Shown: positions 19,033 through 29,952 of the stretch, piece after piece | Position numbering within the stretch: position 1 is the first letter of the stretch | Layout of the letters: each line of letters starts with the position of its first letter | Origin: Alphaproteobacteria bacterium | Lineage (GTDB): Bacteria > Pseudomonadota > Alphaproteobacteria > Bin95 | NCBI GenBank assembly: GCA_963665325.3 | Contig: OZ224045.1 | Span: forward strand, 1,120,001 to 1,184,000 | Direction of reading: 5' to 3' | Length of the DNA: 64,000 bases | Program-made: the position numbers and the translations under genes | The notes under the pieces: model-generated | What the model was told of the DNA's origin: nothing | Seen by the model: the letters and a program-made list of their open reading frames with translations, nothing else | Database searches by the model: none

Positions 19033-19519
19033 GTAAGCGATGCGGGCGGAGCACCCCGCTTTCAGCTTGACGGAGGCCTGAAGTTCCAAGGCAGGAGTTC
19101 GTCGACGCGGCTGTTTGGATGGCCGGTGGCGATGGCTTCGAGAGTGGCTTTGAGCCAGGCGTAGTGCACGACACGGTTCAGTTTCGCCGTCTCGATGAGC
19201 GAGGCGATACGTCCCCATGCGGCGGCGCCTTCGTCGTGGCCGGCGAACAATGCGTTTTTTCTCGACAGGGCAATCGGCCGGGCGAGATTCTCGACACTGT
19301 TGCTGTCCATCTCGACGCGCCCGTCGGCAAGGAAGAGCCGGAGGCCGTCCCAGTGGCGGGCGATATAGGCGAGCTTCTCGCCGAGGCGGGACTTGGGCGA
19401 GACGCGGGCACGCTGCTGCCGGAGCGAGTCGCCGAAGGCCTGGACCAGAGGCACGGACCGCGCCTGTCGTTCGGCGATCCGGCGCTCGGGCGTGCTGGCG
19501 CGGATCTCGGCCTCAATGG
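19033..19519 (-). mobile_element. IS66-family remnant (tnpC C-terminus plus right end)
   Basis: DGRVEMDSNSVEN..RPIALSRKN.LFAG...SLIETAKLN...DELLPWN; terminal GTAAGCG at 19033. Confidence 0.9.
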
Positions 19520-19625
19520 CCATAGACCACAGGTCCCTCCCATGGACTATGGGGACAAGCTACCGCCAAGCCCGTGGTACATTCTTACGCCGCCGCGAGA
19601 AGTGGGCCCTTGGGGCCGGACAGTT

Positions 19626-20510
19626 TCATGCGGCGGATTTGACCGGGGTGCGGGGTTGTTCCTGTTCGAAACGGTCGGGGCTCAGATATCCAAGCGCCGA
19701 GTGTAGGCGTCTCTCATTATAGCTGTCGATGAAGCGCGGCAGGTGCTCGGCGACGTCCTCCGCACTCTCGAAGACCATGACGCCCTCGACCTTCAGCGTC
19801 TTCATGAAGCTCTCCATCATCGCGTTGTCGTAGGGGTTGCCACGCCGGCCCATCGAGCCGACCAGGCCGTGTTCGTCGAGCAGAGCTCGGTAGGCTTGGG
19901 CGGCGTATTGCGAGCCTCTATCGGAGTGATGGATGCAGCCGGGCAGCGGGTTGCGATGCTCGATCGCCGTCGCCAGCGCCGCAAGGGTCAGCCGGGCATC
20001 GATCCGTCGGCCGACCGCGTAACCCACGATGCGCCGCGACCACGCATCCATGATCGCCGCCAGATAGACAAAGCCGCCGAGGATCGCGATGTAGGTCAGA
20101 TCGGCGACCCAGAGCTGGTTCGGGCCATCGACCTCGCGGTCTCTGGAGCGATCGGGGAAGACGGGCTCGTCGTGATCGCTGTCGGTGGTGGCGACGAAAC
20201 GACGCCGGCGCGGCGGTTGCAGGGCATGCTCGCGCATCAGGCGCTTGATCTTCTTGTGGTTCACCACCCAGCCCCGATGCCTGAGCGCCGCCTGCATGCG
20301 GCGCCATCCGTAGGCCTCAAACTCGTCCTTGATCGTGTGCATGGCCTCGACCAGGGCGGTGTCGTCTGCCGAGCTCTTGGGCTTGTCGTAGTAGGTGGAG
20401 CGCGCGATCCCCATCAGTCGGCATCCTTCGGCGACGGAGAGGCCTTCGGGCCGGTGATGACGGACATGGGCGCGTTTCTCGGCCGTCGTCCGTGCCGCTG
20501 AGCCCCCTTT
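19626..20510 (-). CDS. IS3 OrfB DDE transposase, probably expressed by -1 frameshift at A AAG GGG
   Basis: WVADLTY, HHSDRGSQY, DNAMMESF..LKVE; CTAAAGGGGGCT at ~20501-20512. Confidence 0.88.
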   Translation of the reverse strand, partial: KGGSAARTTAEKRAHVRHHRPEGLSVAEGCRLMGIARSTYYDKPKSSADDTALVEAMHTIKDEFEAYGWRRMQAALRHRGWVVNHKKIKRLMREHALQPPRRRRFVATTDSDHDEPVFPDRSRDREVDGPNQLWVADLTYIAILGGFVYLAAIMDAWSRRIVGYAVGRRIDARLTLAALATAIEHRNPLPGCIHHSDRGSQYAAQAYRALLDEHGLVGSMGRRGNPYDNAMMESFMKTLKVEGVMVFESAEDVAEHLPRFIDSYNERRLHSALGYLSPDRFEQEQPRTPVKSAA

Positions 20511-20773
20511 AGGAACTCGAGCTCCAGGGCCTGCTTGCCGACCAGGCGCTCGAGGGCCGCGATCCGGGCCTCGTATTCCTGGATCGTGTCGGCCGCCTCG
20601 GCGTCCTCGTCGAAGGCGCCGGCCTCGTACTTGTCCACCCAGATCCGGATCAGGGTGCGGGAGAGCTCGTGCCGACGGGCCAGGCCGTGAAGCGTCTCGC
20701 CGGCGAGATACTCCTGAACGACCTGGCGCTTGAAGGCGATGCCGTGGGTGCGGTGGGTTCGGTGCTTGGCCAT
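20414..20773 (-). CDS. IS3 OrfA HTH protein
   Basis: FKRQVV...LARRHELSRTLIRIW plus leucine-zipper-like IAALERLVGKQALELEFLK. Confidence 0.88.
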   Translation of the reverse strand: MAKHRTHRTHGIAFKRQVVQEYLAGETLHGLARRHELSRTLIRIWVDKYEAGAFDEDAEAADTIQEYEARIAALERLVGKQALELEFLKGAQRHGRRPRNAPMSVITGPKASPSPKDAD

Positions 20774-20883
20774 GGGCGTCGATCCTTCGAATGCCCGACC
20801 CACCGGTCAAATCATTTCAAGCCGCCTGTCCGGCCCCAGGGGCCCACTCCAGCGCCGGTACATTTCTTGCTCCGCCGTTGACA

Positions 20884-21136
20884 CCCAACTCCCATCACAT
20901 GGCGATTCGGGCCGCCCGTTCTGTGAACGACTTCCACCATAGCCCAACAAAAGCGAGACATATCAATACGTTGCAACGCCGATCAGCGTCCTGTATGTCA
21001 GCCGAACAACAGCCTCGCAACGGTCGGCGCCTTGCTGCATGATCTGGCGGCCGATAGTGACGCGAAGTATGTCGCGGCCAAGCGTTTTCAGGTATCGTAG
21101 TCAATCCGTGGTCGTGCGATAATCTATTGAAAACAA
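20884..21136. repeat. 253-bp direct repeat, copy 1
   Basis: Ungapped alignment to 37919-38171, about 20 mismatches by hand count. Confidence 0.95.
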
Positions 21137-21194
21137 TCACGATGATCGGCGGGTTCGGACCTTGTCCGACAACCGACAGGCTGGCGGTTCCGAT

Positions 21195-22235
21195 TCAGGA
21201 GACGCCTCCGTTGCCGTCTTCGGGCTTGTTTGCTCTCGCCGCGATGCCGGCGCACTGCGCGATCAGGCGTTCGAAGGATTCGTCCGTGCCGAGCAGCATG
21301 CCGTCGGCGACCATCCTGGCGTAGTCGTCGGCCAGCACTTCGAGCGCCGATCCTGTCGGGACCAGTTGCAGTCCGCCTGCAACGGCTGCCTTGTAGTCGA
21401 TCCGGTCGCCCGCGGCGTCCTTCTCCGGAAAGAACACCGCCTTGTGACGCGCGACCGACAACGCAAGGCCGCGGTCAGCCAGTGCCCGGTCCGCCACGCC
21501 GGCGTCATCCAGTCTCGCCAGATCGTGCCAGTGCCGCGACATGCGCGCGCCGCGCCGACGCTCCTGGCGGCAATAGACATGGACGGCGGTGGCCTTTTCC
21601 CAGAATGTTCTCTCCGCCAGCATGACCGACGGACCGGCCTCCGGAAACAGAAGCTCTGGCAGGAAGCCGGCCGCATCGCACGAGACGCTCCGGACTGCTC
21701 TGGGCTCGCCGGTCGAGCGTGCGCCGAACTCGACCTTCACTTCCGGACGGACGAAGGCGTAATCCTCGAACAGGGGATCGTAGGAGACGTAGAGTTCCTC
21801 CGCTTCGGCGCGGACCCGAGCTGCGAAGCCCGCTTCCGCGAGGCTCTGCTCGACGATCGGCCGGGCTTCTTCCCGCACCCATTCCGCGAGGTGCGCCCGG
21901 ATCGCCCGTGTCCAGCGCCGTTCCTGGCTGCGTGTCGGCGGCAGGGCTTCCTTGCCCACACCGGCAACCAGGTCCGGGGCGAAAGCGCGGATGTCGTAAG
22001 TGATGTCGACATCTTCCGAAAATCTCCGGATGGCGCCATAGGCCTTCGAGAGCGACGTCCCGCCCTTGAACACGAGGTCCCTGCCGAAAGGAGCGTCGAA
22101 GAGGGCGCGTAGCGTCGCCACCACCCAGACGTCCTTTTCCAGCAGGAAAGCGCGATAGGGGCCCTTCTCCTGAGCAACCCTCAGGGCGTCGCGGCGATCC
22201 TCGGCCGGCAGGAACTGAAACCGCGTCTCAGCCAT
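21195..22235 (-). CDS. AbiEii/AbiGii nucleotidyltransferase toxin (type IV TA)
   Basis: LEKD.WV, LVFKGGTSLSK, RFSEDVD, RTFWEK, SRHWHD. Confidence 0.92.
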   Translation of the reverse strand: MAETRFQFLPAEDRRDALRVAQEKGPYRAFLLEKDVWVVATLRALFDAPFGRDLVFKGGTSLSKAYGAIRRFSEDVDITYDIRAFAPDLVAGVGKEALPPTRSQERRWTRAIRAHLAEWVREEARPIVEQSLAEAGFAARVRAEAEELYVSYDPLFEDYAFVRPEVKVEFGARSTGEPRAVRSVSCDAAGFLPELLFPEAGPSVMLAERTFWEKATAVHVYCRQERRRGARMSRHWHDLARLDDAGVADRALADRGLALSVARHKAVFFPEKDAAGDRIDYKAAVAGGLQLVPTGSALEVLADDYARMVADGMLLGTDESFERLIAQCAGIAARANKPEDGNGGVS

Positions 22236-22839
22236 GCACGAGACGTGCGCTGACTGGCTCGACCATCCATGCCGGCAGGACCGCTCTGGCATCCGCCAGT
22301 TCGGTCATGTCTTCCGGGGAAAGCCCGGGAAGAGCCGCATCCAGACTGTCGTCGGTCTCCTGCGGGCCGAGCCAGGCGAGGGCCCGAATGACGTCGCCGG
22401 CCTTGCGGTGTGGCGCCAGCAGTTGCCAGCGGGGCGCATGACGCAGTTCAACGGTGGTGTTGCCAAACGTCAGACGACGGTTCGGCCCGGACGTCAGGTA
22501 GACCTCCCGTACCGGATTCTGGGTGGTCAGACCCAGGCGGTTCGCTGCAGAGCCGCCACACGGGACGATGGTCTCGCCCCACAGGGCCGAGAGCCTCTCG
22601 ATTGCCTTGCCGGTGCTGGGCGCGCATCGTCCAAAACGAGTCTCGACGGGACGCATGTACACCCCTTGGCAAATGCGCATGAGGTGCCCGGCGCGTGCGA
22701 GGCGCGCCAGCGCCTGGTCCACTGCCGCCCGCCTGCCCAAGTGAAGGAGGGTGCCCGGGCAGATCGGTGCAGCTTCGGGCTGGGCCGACGCATGCTCCAT
22801 GATTTGTTTCGGAAGGCCGCGCATGGCTCGATTTGGCAC
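22228..22839 (-). CDS. AbiEi-type antitoxin (DUF6088-like)
   Basis: AAVDQALARL...RICQGVY, AANRLGLTTQNP...YLTSG; overlaps the toxin start. Confidence 0.88.
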   Translation of the reverse strand: MPNRAMRGLPKQIMEHASAQPEAAPICPGTLLHLGRRAAVDQALARLARAGHLMRICQGVYMRPVETRFGRCAPSTGKAIERLSALWGETIVPCGGSAANRLGLTTQNPVREVYLTSGPNRRLTFGNTTVELRHAPRWQLLAPHRKAGDVIRALAWLGPQETDDSLDAALPGLSPEDMTELADARAVLPAWMVEPVSARLVHG

Positions 22840-23142
22840 TCTCGTATGTCAGAAATATAATGGCGAAAATGTCGTAGGGCAATCGCGGTGCAGAAACCAT
22901 CCGCCCACGTCAGGCTACTGTCTCGCTCCGTTCCGCGGCCGGCAGGATTTTCGCAGGCCGCGGCAAGAATGTGCGGACAGCCAACATCTTGCCGGACGTG
23001 CTAGCTTGATGGGCTGTCGAGGTTTCGGAGCAGGAGCTCGTGGAGCCGGCTGTTCTGAAGGCCTGCATTGCCGGCTTCGAAGGAAGGATGTCCAAATCGC
23101 GTAATCGCAATCGGGAGTTCTGCATTGGTGCGGTGAGCCTCG

Positions 23143-24435
23143 ATGTCGGGTATCGCCGCCGCGGCTCCTCGCCAGGACCCGGATAACGGATCCGGTATCG
23201 TGATTGCACAGGCCATCGCGCAAAGGCCGCTGGTGCTGGTGGCCGTGATGTGCGTGGCCCTGGTGTTCGCGATGGCCGGCTTTTCGGCCTACTGGTCGCT
23301 GCAGCCCGTGCTTCAGCCGGCATGGCAGATGAGCAATGTTACGGCCGGCTGGCTCTCCGGCGCATTTTTCGGTGGCTACGTGCTGGCGGTTCCGTTCCTC
23401 ACCGCGATCACCGACCGGGTCGACGCCCGTTATGTCTTCATCTCGGGCGCTGTACTGTCTGCTGCGGCCCTGGTCGGGCTGGCGTTCATGGCTACGGGTT
23501 TCTGGTCCGCCCTGCCGTGGCGAGTGGTCGCCGGCGTCGGCATGGCCGGATGTTACATGCCCGGCCTCAAGGTGCTCACCGACCGTCTGACGAGCAAGGC
23601 GCCGCGCGCCCGTGCCGTCGCTTTCTACACGGCGTGCTTCAGCGGCGGGACAGCGGCCTCCTATGCGCTCGCTGGCTGCGCCCTGGAGTGGTTCGGCTGG
23701 CGGGGCGCCTTCCTGTTCACGGCGGCCGGCCCGGCCCTGGCCGGCATCGCGCTTGCGATGCTGGTCGTGCCCGGGAAACCGGAGGCGGCTGCGGTGGTCC
23801 GCAGTCACGTGCTGGACTTCCGCCCTGTCTTGCGCTCGCGGAAGACCATGAGCTTTATCGTCGGCTATGCGGGCCACGGGGCGGAACTGTTCGCCATGCG
23901 CTCCTGGATCGTGCCGTTCCTTGTGTTCTGCCTCGGAAGCAGCGCCGAATTCACGCTGAGCGCCACGCTACTGGCCGCCCTCACCTCTCTCGTCGCGGTG
24001 GCTTCGAGCATCGGCGGCGCAGAGCTGGCCCTGCGGATCGGGCGCGTGCGCCTGATTTCGTGCGTGATGCTGGCGACATTCGCGCTCAGCGTCGTCGTCG
24101 GCTTTTCCTCGTTGCTGCCCTTCGCCGTCGTGGCGCTCCTCTGCCTTGTCTATTCCGCCGCGATGCAGGCCGACTCGGCCGCGCTTACTGCGGGAGCCGT
24201 CAACACCTCTCCGGCGGGCCATCGCGGCGCGACGCTCGCGGTGCATTCGACATTCGGGTTCAGCGGGTCCCTGTTCGCGCCACCGCTTGTGGGTGCGGTG
24301 CTCGATCTCGCCGCACCGCTTGGCGGGACAATGGCCTGGGGGCTCGCTTTCGTGACGATGGGATCGATGGCGCTGATCGGTTTTCTCGTGTTCATGTTGT
24401 TGCGCCGGCGCCTGGCCCGGGCGGCGCCGCAATAG
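23143..24435 (+). CDS. MFS transporter
   Basis: ~12 hydrophobic segments; TDRVDAR and ALRIGR loop motifs. Confidence 0.9.
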   Translation: MSGIAAAAPRQDPDNGSGIVIAQAIAQRPLVLVAVMCVALVFAMAGFSAYWSLQPVLQPAWQMSNVTAGWLSGAFFGGYVLAVPFLTAITDRVDARYVFISGAVLSAAALVGLAFMATGFWSALPWRVVAGVGMAGCYMPGLKVLTDRLTSKAPRARAVAFYTACFSGGTAASYALAGCALEWFGWRGAFLFTAAGPALAGIALAMLVVPGKPEAAAVVRSHVLDFRPVLRSRKTMSFIVGYAGHGAELFAMRSWIVPFLVFCLGSSAEFTLSATLLAALTSLVAVASSIGGAELALRIGRVRLISCVMLATFALSVVVGFSSLLPFAVVALLCLVYSAAMQADSAALTAGAVNTSPAGHRGATLAVHSTFGFSGSLFAPPLVGAVLDLAAPLGGTMAWGLAFVTMGSMALIGFLVFMLLRRRLARAAPQ

Positions 24436-24468
24436 ACGCCGCTCCGCCTGCCGATGGTGCCACCCGCT

Positions 24469-25366
24469 CTATTTCAACCGCCCGACATCGAGAGAGAAGA
24501 TCAACGGGAAGTAGGTTTCCCAGTGGCGCCATCTGAGGCTGCCGGCCTCGGAGACGCTCCAGAGCATCCCCGCCTCGTCGAACGACAGGTCCTCGGTTCC
24601 GGCCGCCACCGTGAAGAGGTCGAGCAGGTCGCCGGTTTCGGCGTCGAGGCGTTGCACCACGCCGCCGTCGCCCCCGCTTTGCGAAAGCCACAGGCGCCCC
24701 TCGGCGTCGAACGCGGCGCCTTGGGTGCGGACGTCTATGGGGATGCTGTGCACATCGTCGGCGGCGGTGAGATAAACGGCGCCACCCTCCGGGAACACCT
24801 CGGCGACGGAATAGCGGTAGAGACGCGGTTCGCCATATTTCTCGTAAGCGCCGAACCAGAGATGGTCGGCATGCCAGGCGAGGAAGGAAGGGCCGATCTC
24901 GCGGTCGATATCCGCCCGTCCCAGAATCGCCGCTCCGGCATCGCCATCGGCAAGCGCCCGAGCCAGGTCGATGCGGTAGAGCTTGCCCCGGTCGGCGACG
25001 AAGAGCGTGCCCCGGCGGTCGCTGGCCAGTCCGCCCGGATGGCCGACATCGTCGGGGAGGCGGATCTCGCCGACAGCATCGCCGCTCTTCATGTCCACCG
25101 CGAATACCCGGCTCTCGCCGCGGGACCGCCGGTAGGAAGTGCTCTTGTAGGCCGCGACGAGGACAAGGTTTCCCGCCACGGTCAGACCCTGGGGCACAAA
25201 GCCCTCATCGAGCGCCGGCATCCAGATGCGGCTGACAATTGCATCCGTGTTCGGAACCCGGCTGAGTTCTCCCGGTTCGACCGTGGGCGCGGTTCCGAGA
25301 ACCGCCGTCGGCTCCGTCGCGGAAGCAGTCATCGCACCTACCCAGAAGAAAATCGCCCCTAACAGT

Positions 25367-25374
<8 letters not shown>
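24469..25374 (-). CDS. Secreted beta-propeller-like hypothetical protein
   Basis: Signal peptide; repeated FVPQGL, HPGGL, TQGAAFD, TEDLSFD blades; GTG overlaps the ugpC stop. Confidence 0.65.
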
Positions 25375-26458
<1,084 letters not shown>

Positions 26459-26474
26459 TTGCCCTCCTCGCCCC

Positions 26475-27389
26475 CTATTTTTCCCCGCCGAGCAGGCCCC
26501 GGACGAACCAGCGCTGCAACACCAGCACGACGACGATCGGCGGCAGCATCACCATCAGGGTGCCCGCCATGGCCACGTTCCATTCCGGCAGCTCGTCCTC
26601 CGAGGGGATCAGGTTCTCAAGGCCCATCACCAGGGTGCGCATGTCCGGCTCCGTCGTTATCAGCAGGGGCCAGAGATACTGGTTCCAGCCGAAGACGAAC
26701 ATGATGACCGAGAGCGCGGCGATGTTGGTCTTCGAAAGCGGCAGCAGGATCTGGAAGAAGAAGCGCAGCGGTCCAGCCCCGTCCATCTTCGCCGCCTCCG
26801 CCAGTTCTTCCGGAATCGTCAGGAAGAACTGGCGGAAGAGGAAGGTCGCCGTGGCGCTGGCGAAGAGCGGCAGGGTCAGCCCCCAATAGGTGTCGAGCAG
26901 GTTCCACTCCAGCGCAACCTCGACCCCGGAGAGCCAGGCGACGAGATCGGTGAGCCACAACACTTCCAGAAGCTGTTGCAACGGCAGCAGCGCGTTCCCC
27001 GCCACCTCGTAAGTCGGCACGATGCGCACTTCCAGCGGCAGCATCAGCGTGATGAAGATCAGCCAGAAGGCCAGCAAACGGAAGCGGAAGTTGAAGTAGC
27101 AGATGGCGAAGGCAGTGAGCGAGGCGCAGGCGATCTTTCCGAACAGGATGCCGAGCGTCATGACCACGCTGTTGACGCCCTGGGTCGCGAACTCGCCCCG
27201 CTCCCATGCCTTGGCTGCATTTTCGAGGAGTTCGCTTCCCGGAATGAGCGTCATCGGCACGTCGATCACCGCCTCGTAGGGCAGTGTGGCGGCGACGAAT
27301 GCAATCACCAGCGGAAAGCACATCACGAGCAGGCCGACCCCGAGGATCGTGTGGGTCACGGCGTTCAGTATGGGCGTGCGCTCGATCAT
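26475..27389 (-). CDS. ugpE: ABC permease UgpE (copy 2)
   Basis: MIERTP..., [28 protein letters not shown] motif. Confidence 0.85.
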   Translation of the reverse strand: MIERTPILNAVTHTILGVGLLVMCFPLVIAFVAATLPYEAVIDVPMTLIPGSELLENAAKAWERGEFATQGVNSVVMTLGILFGKIACASLTAFAICYFNFRFRLLAFWLIFITLMLPLEVRIVPTYEVAGNALLPLQQLLEVLWLTDLVAWLSGVEVALEWNLLDTYWGLTLPLFASATATFLFRQFFLTIPEELAEAAKMDGAGPLRFFFQILLPLSKTNIAALSVIMFVFGWNQYLWPLLITTEPDMRTLVMGLENLIPSEDELPEWNVAMAGTLMVMLPPIVVVLVLQRWFVRGLLGGEK

Positions 27390-27395
27390 CCCGGC

Positions 27396-28283
27396 TCACT
27401 CCGCATAGTGAATTCGACGTTCGATCCACTTGAACTGGACGAACGTCAACGCGACGACGAGGGCCATCAGCACGACCGACTGGGCCGACGAGCCGCTGAG
27501 GTCGAGGCCGACGAAACCGTCCTGGTAGATCTTGTAGACCAGGATGTTGGTGGCGCCGCCAGGCCCCCCCTGGGTCATCACGTTGATGATGCCGAAGCCT
27601 TCGGTGAAGGAATCGGTGACGTTGATGACGAGCAGGAAGAAGAAGGTCGGGCTCAGAAGCGGGAAGACGATGGTGACGAAGCGCCGGATCGGGCCTGCCC
27701 CGTCAAGCGCCGCAGCCTCCACGAAGGTGCGGGGAATCGCCTGCATGCCCGCCAAGAAGAAGATGAAATTGTAAGTGATGCTCTTCCAGGACGCGGCGAT
27801 GATGACCATCACCATCGCGTCTGCGCCGACGATGTTCGGGTCCCATATGCCCGGCCACATATCGTTGAGGAAGGCGAAGAAGCCCACGCCCGGCTGGAAG
27901 ATGAACTGGAAGGCGACGGCGGCCGCCGGCGCCGCCACCGCATAGGGCCACATCAGCACCGTCCGGTAGACCACCAGCCCCCGAAGCACCCGGTCCACGA
28001 AGATCGCCAGCAGCAGCGCGAGCCCCATGGAGATCAGCGTGGTCCAGAAGGCGAAGATGAGGGTGATGCCGGCGGATTCGTAATATTCGGGCGAGCTGAA
28101 GAGTTCCCGGAAATTGTCCAGGCCGACCCACTGGGCGACTCCCCCGAAAGGCGGCTCCAGGGTGAAGGACCAGAACAGCGCCTTCGCCGATGGCCAGTAG
28201 AAGAAGACGAAGACGATCAGGACTTCCGGCAATATCAGGAGATAAGGCAGAAGCCGGTTCCGGAAGAGAACGCGCTTGATCAT
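27396..28283 (-). CDS. ugpA: ABC permease UgpA (copy 2)
   Basis: WPYAVA, YNFIFFLAG.QAIP, GLDL..S.AQSV. Confidence 0.85.
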   Translation of the reverse strand: MIKRVLFRNRLLPYLLILPEVLIVFVFFYWPSAKALFWSFTLEPPFGGVAQWVGLDNFRELFSSPEYYESAGITLIFAFWTTLISMGLALLLAIFVDRVLRGLVVYRTVLMWPYAVAAPAAAVAFQFIFQPGVGFFAFLNDMWPGIWDPNIVGADAMVMVIIAASWKSITYNFIFFLAGMQAIPRTFVEAAALDGAGPIRRFVTIVFPLLSPTFFFLLVINVTDSFTEGFGIINVMTQGGPGGATNILVYKIYQDGFVGLDLSGSSAQSVVLMALVVALTFVQFKWIERRIHYAE

Positions 28284-28374
28284 CCGGTTAGGCGCTGTCG
28301 CTGTTCACGCATGGCATCGCGGCGCCCGACACGAAGCCGTCCGGGCGCCGCCGTTCCTTCGCCGGTTCCCGCGC

Positions 28375-29706
28375 TCAGGGCAGGGACTGGCCCTTGTACT
28401 GTTTCTCGAACCGCCGGAGCTGTTCGTTGCCGCGTTTCACTGCGTTGTCGAGCGCCTCCTGCGCCGTCTTCTTGCCGGCCAGCATCTGCTCCAGCTCGTC
28501 GCCGATAATCTTCTTGATCTGCCGGAAGTAGCCGAGGCGCAGTCCTCGCGAGAGCGGCGTGGGCGGCGTCCGGGTCAGGCTTTCGATCGCGACCTCCCGC
28601 CCGGCGTACTTCTCCTGCTTGTAGAAGCCCTTGGCGACGAGCGCGTCGTAACCGCTCCTGGTCGTCGGCACGTAGCCGGTGACGGTGCTCCAGAACTCCT
28701 GCGACTCTACCGACCGGATGAAGTCGAAGAATGCCGCGACGCCCTTGTACTCTGCCTCATCGAAGCCCTTCAGGATCCAGAAGCTGGCGCCGCCGACGAC
28801 GGTATTGTTGGGCGTAACGCCCTCATTGTGCGGCAGGGGGGCCACGTTCCACCTCATCTTGGCGCTCTTCAGCACCGTGCCGTGTGAGGCGATGGAGCCG
28901 AAATAGTGCCCGCACTTGCCGGTGGCGAAGGACTCCCGGGTGCCGACTCCGAACAGCTCCTTGGCGTAGCTTCCGAGCTTTTCGTCGTACCAGCGTTTCA
29001 GCCGTTCGACATGCTGCAGATACGAGGTCTGGTTGAAGACGAGTTCCGCGTCGAGACCGTCGAAGCCATTATTGCGTGTCGAAATCGGCTCGCCGTGCAT
29101 GTAGCTGAACTGCTCCAGATGAACCCAGAGATAGGTGGAGTAGGCGATCGGGCAGGCGATGCCCGAGGCCTTCAGCGTCCGCAGATTCTCCTCGAACTGT
29201 TCCCAGGTTTCCGCCGGCCCCTCGATGCCGGCCTGCTCATACATGTCGATATTGTAGTACATCACCGGCGTCGACGAGTTGAACGGGAAGGAATACAGCT
29301 TGCCGTCCGACGAGGCGTAGTAGCTCATGATCGAGCCGATATAGTCGCTCCAATCGACATCGTACCCGGCGTCTGCCATCAGCTGGTATGCCGGATAGAT
29401 CGCGCCCGAGAGCATCAATGTTCCCGTCGCGGTCTCGACCCCCTGCAGGATGTGGGGATGTTTCTTGGCCCGGTATGCGGCGATGCCGGCCTGGAGCGCC
29501 TGGTCGTAATTGCCCTTGCCGGTACAGACGATCTCGTAGTCGTCCTGCGCGGCGTTGAACCGCTCGCAGACCTTCTCGACCTGCTTGCCCAGATAGCCCT
29601 TGAGGCCGTACCAGAGGTTGATCTTGGTCTTGGCCTCGACCGGCATGGCAAGGCCCACTACCAGGAGACCCAGAACGGCGGCTGCCGTCAGCGTCTTGCG
29701 TTCCAT
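28375..29706 (-). CDS. ugpB: UgpB-like periplasmic binding protein (divergent copy 2)
   Basis: Signal peptide, PFNSSTPV, GGASFW, TGYVP, GLRLG. Confidence 0.78.
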   Translation of the reverse strand: MERKTLTAAAVLGLLVVGLAMPVEAKTKINLWYGLKGYLGKQVEKVCERFNAAQDDYEIVCTGKGNYDQALQAGIAAYRAKKHPHILQGVETATGTLMLSGAIYPAYQLMADAGYDVDWSDYIGSIMSYYASSDGKLYSFPFNSSTPVMYYNIDMYEQAGIEGPAETWEQFEENLRTLKASGIACPIAYSTYLWVHLEQFSYMHGEPISTRNNGFDGLDAELVFNQTSYLQHVERLKRWYDEKLGSYAKELFGVGTRESFATGKCGHYFGSIASHGTVLKSAKMRWNVAPLPHNEGVTPNNTVVGGASFWILKGFDEAEYKGVAAFFDFIRSVESQEFWSTVTGYVPTTRSGYDALVAKGFYKQEKYAGREVAIESLTRTPPTPLSRGLRLGYFRQIKKIIGDELEQMLAGKKTAQEALDNAVKRGNEQLRRFEKQYKGQSLP

Positions 29707-29952
29707 TGGGGGGTCCTTTCTCCGGTCGGCAGATCGACCGGATAGGGCAGTATCCTCCTTGGTCGCATGAGAGTCGATTCGGCGGACGCGAGTGGAGACG
29801 ACACGAATGCTGACAACTACCCCGTCTCCGGAAGGCCGTTGTGTTTTCGCGCCGGGATTTGCCCGGCCTTGACAGGGGATGCGGCCACCGGCTCTTCATC
29901 GGTTCGTCGGCCGGGAAGGCGCTTCGCTCGCCCGCAGGAAGGCTGCGCTCGA

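Larger units (their letters stand above)
19598..20851 (-). mobile_element. IS3-family insertion sequence with 3-bp target duplication GCG
   Basis: Ends TGGAGTGGGCCCCTGGGGCCGGACAG / AGAAGTGGGCCCTTGGGGCCGGACAG; GCG at 19595-97 and 20852-54; orfA/orfB. Confidence 0.92.
19520..20883 (+). mobile_element. Orphan IS21 right end, split by an IS3 insertion
   Basis: 19520-19597 plus 20855-20883 match 11871-12035 (CATGGACTATGGGGACAAGCTACCGCC...GCTCCGCCGTTGACA) with an internal deletion between CCCTCCCA repeats. Confidence 0.85.

Noticed and set aside
9490-20883. Composite transposon from the IS21 left end to the orphan right end
   Set aside because: No target-site duplication (GGGCAGG vs CCCAACT); only a potential substrate
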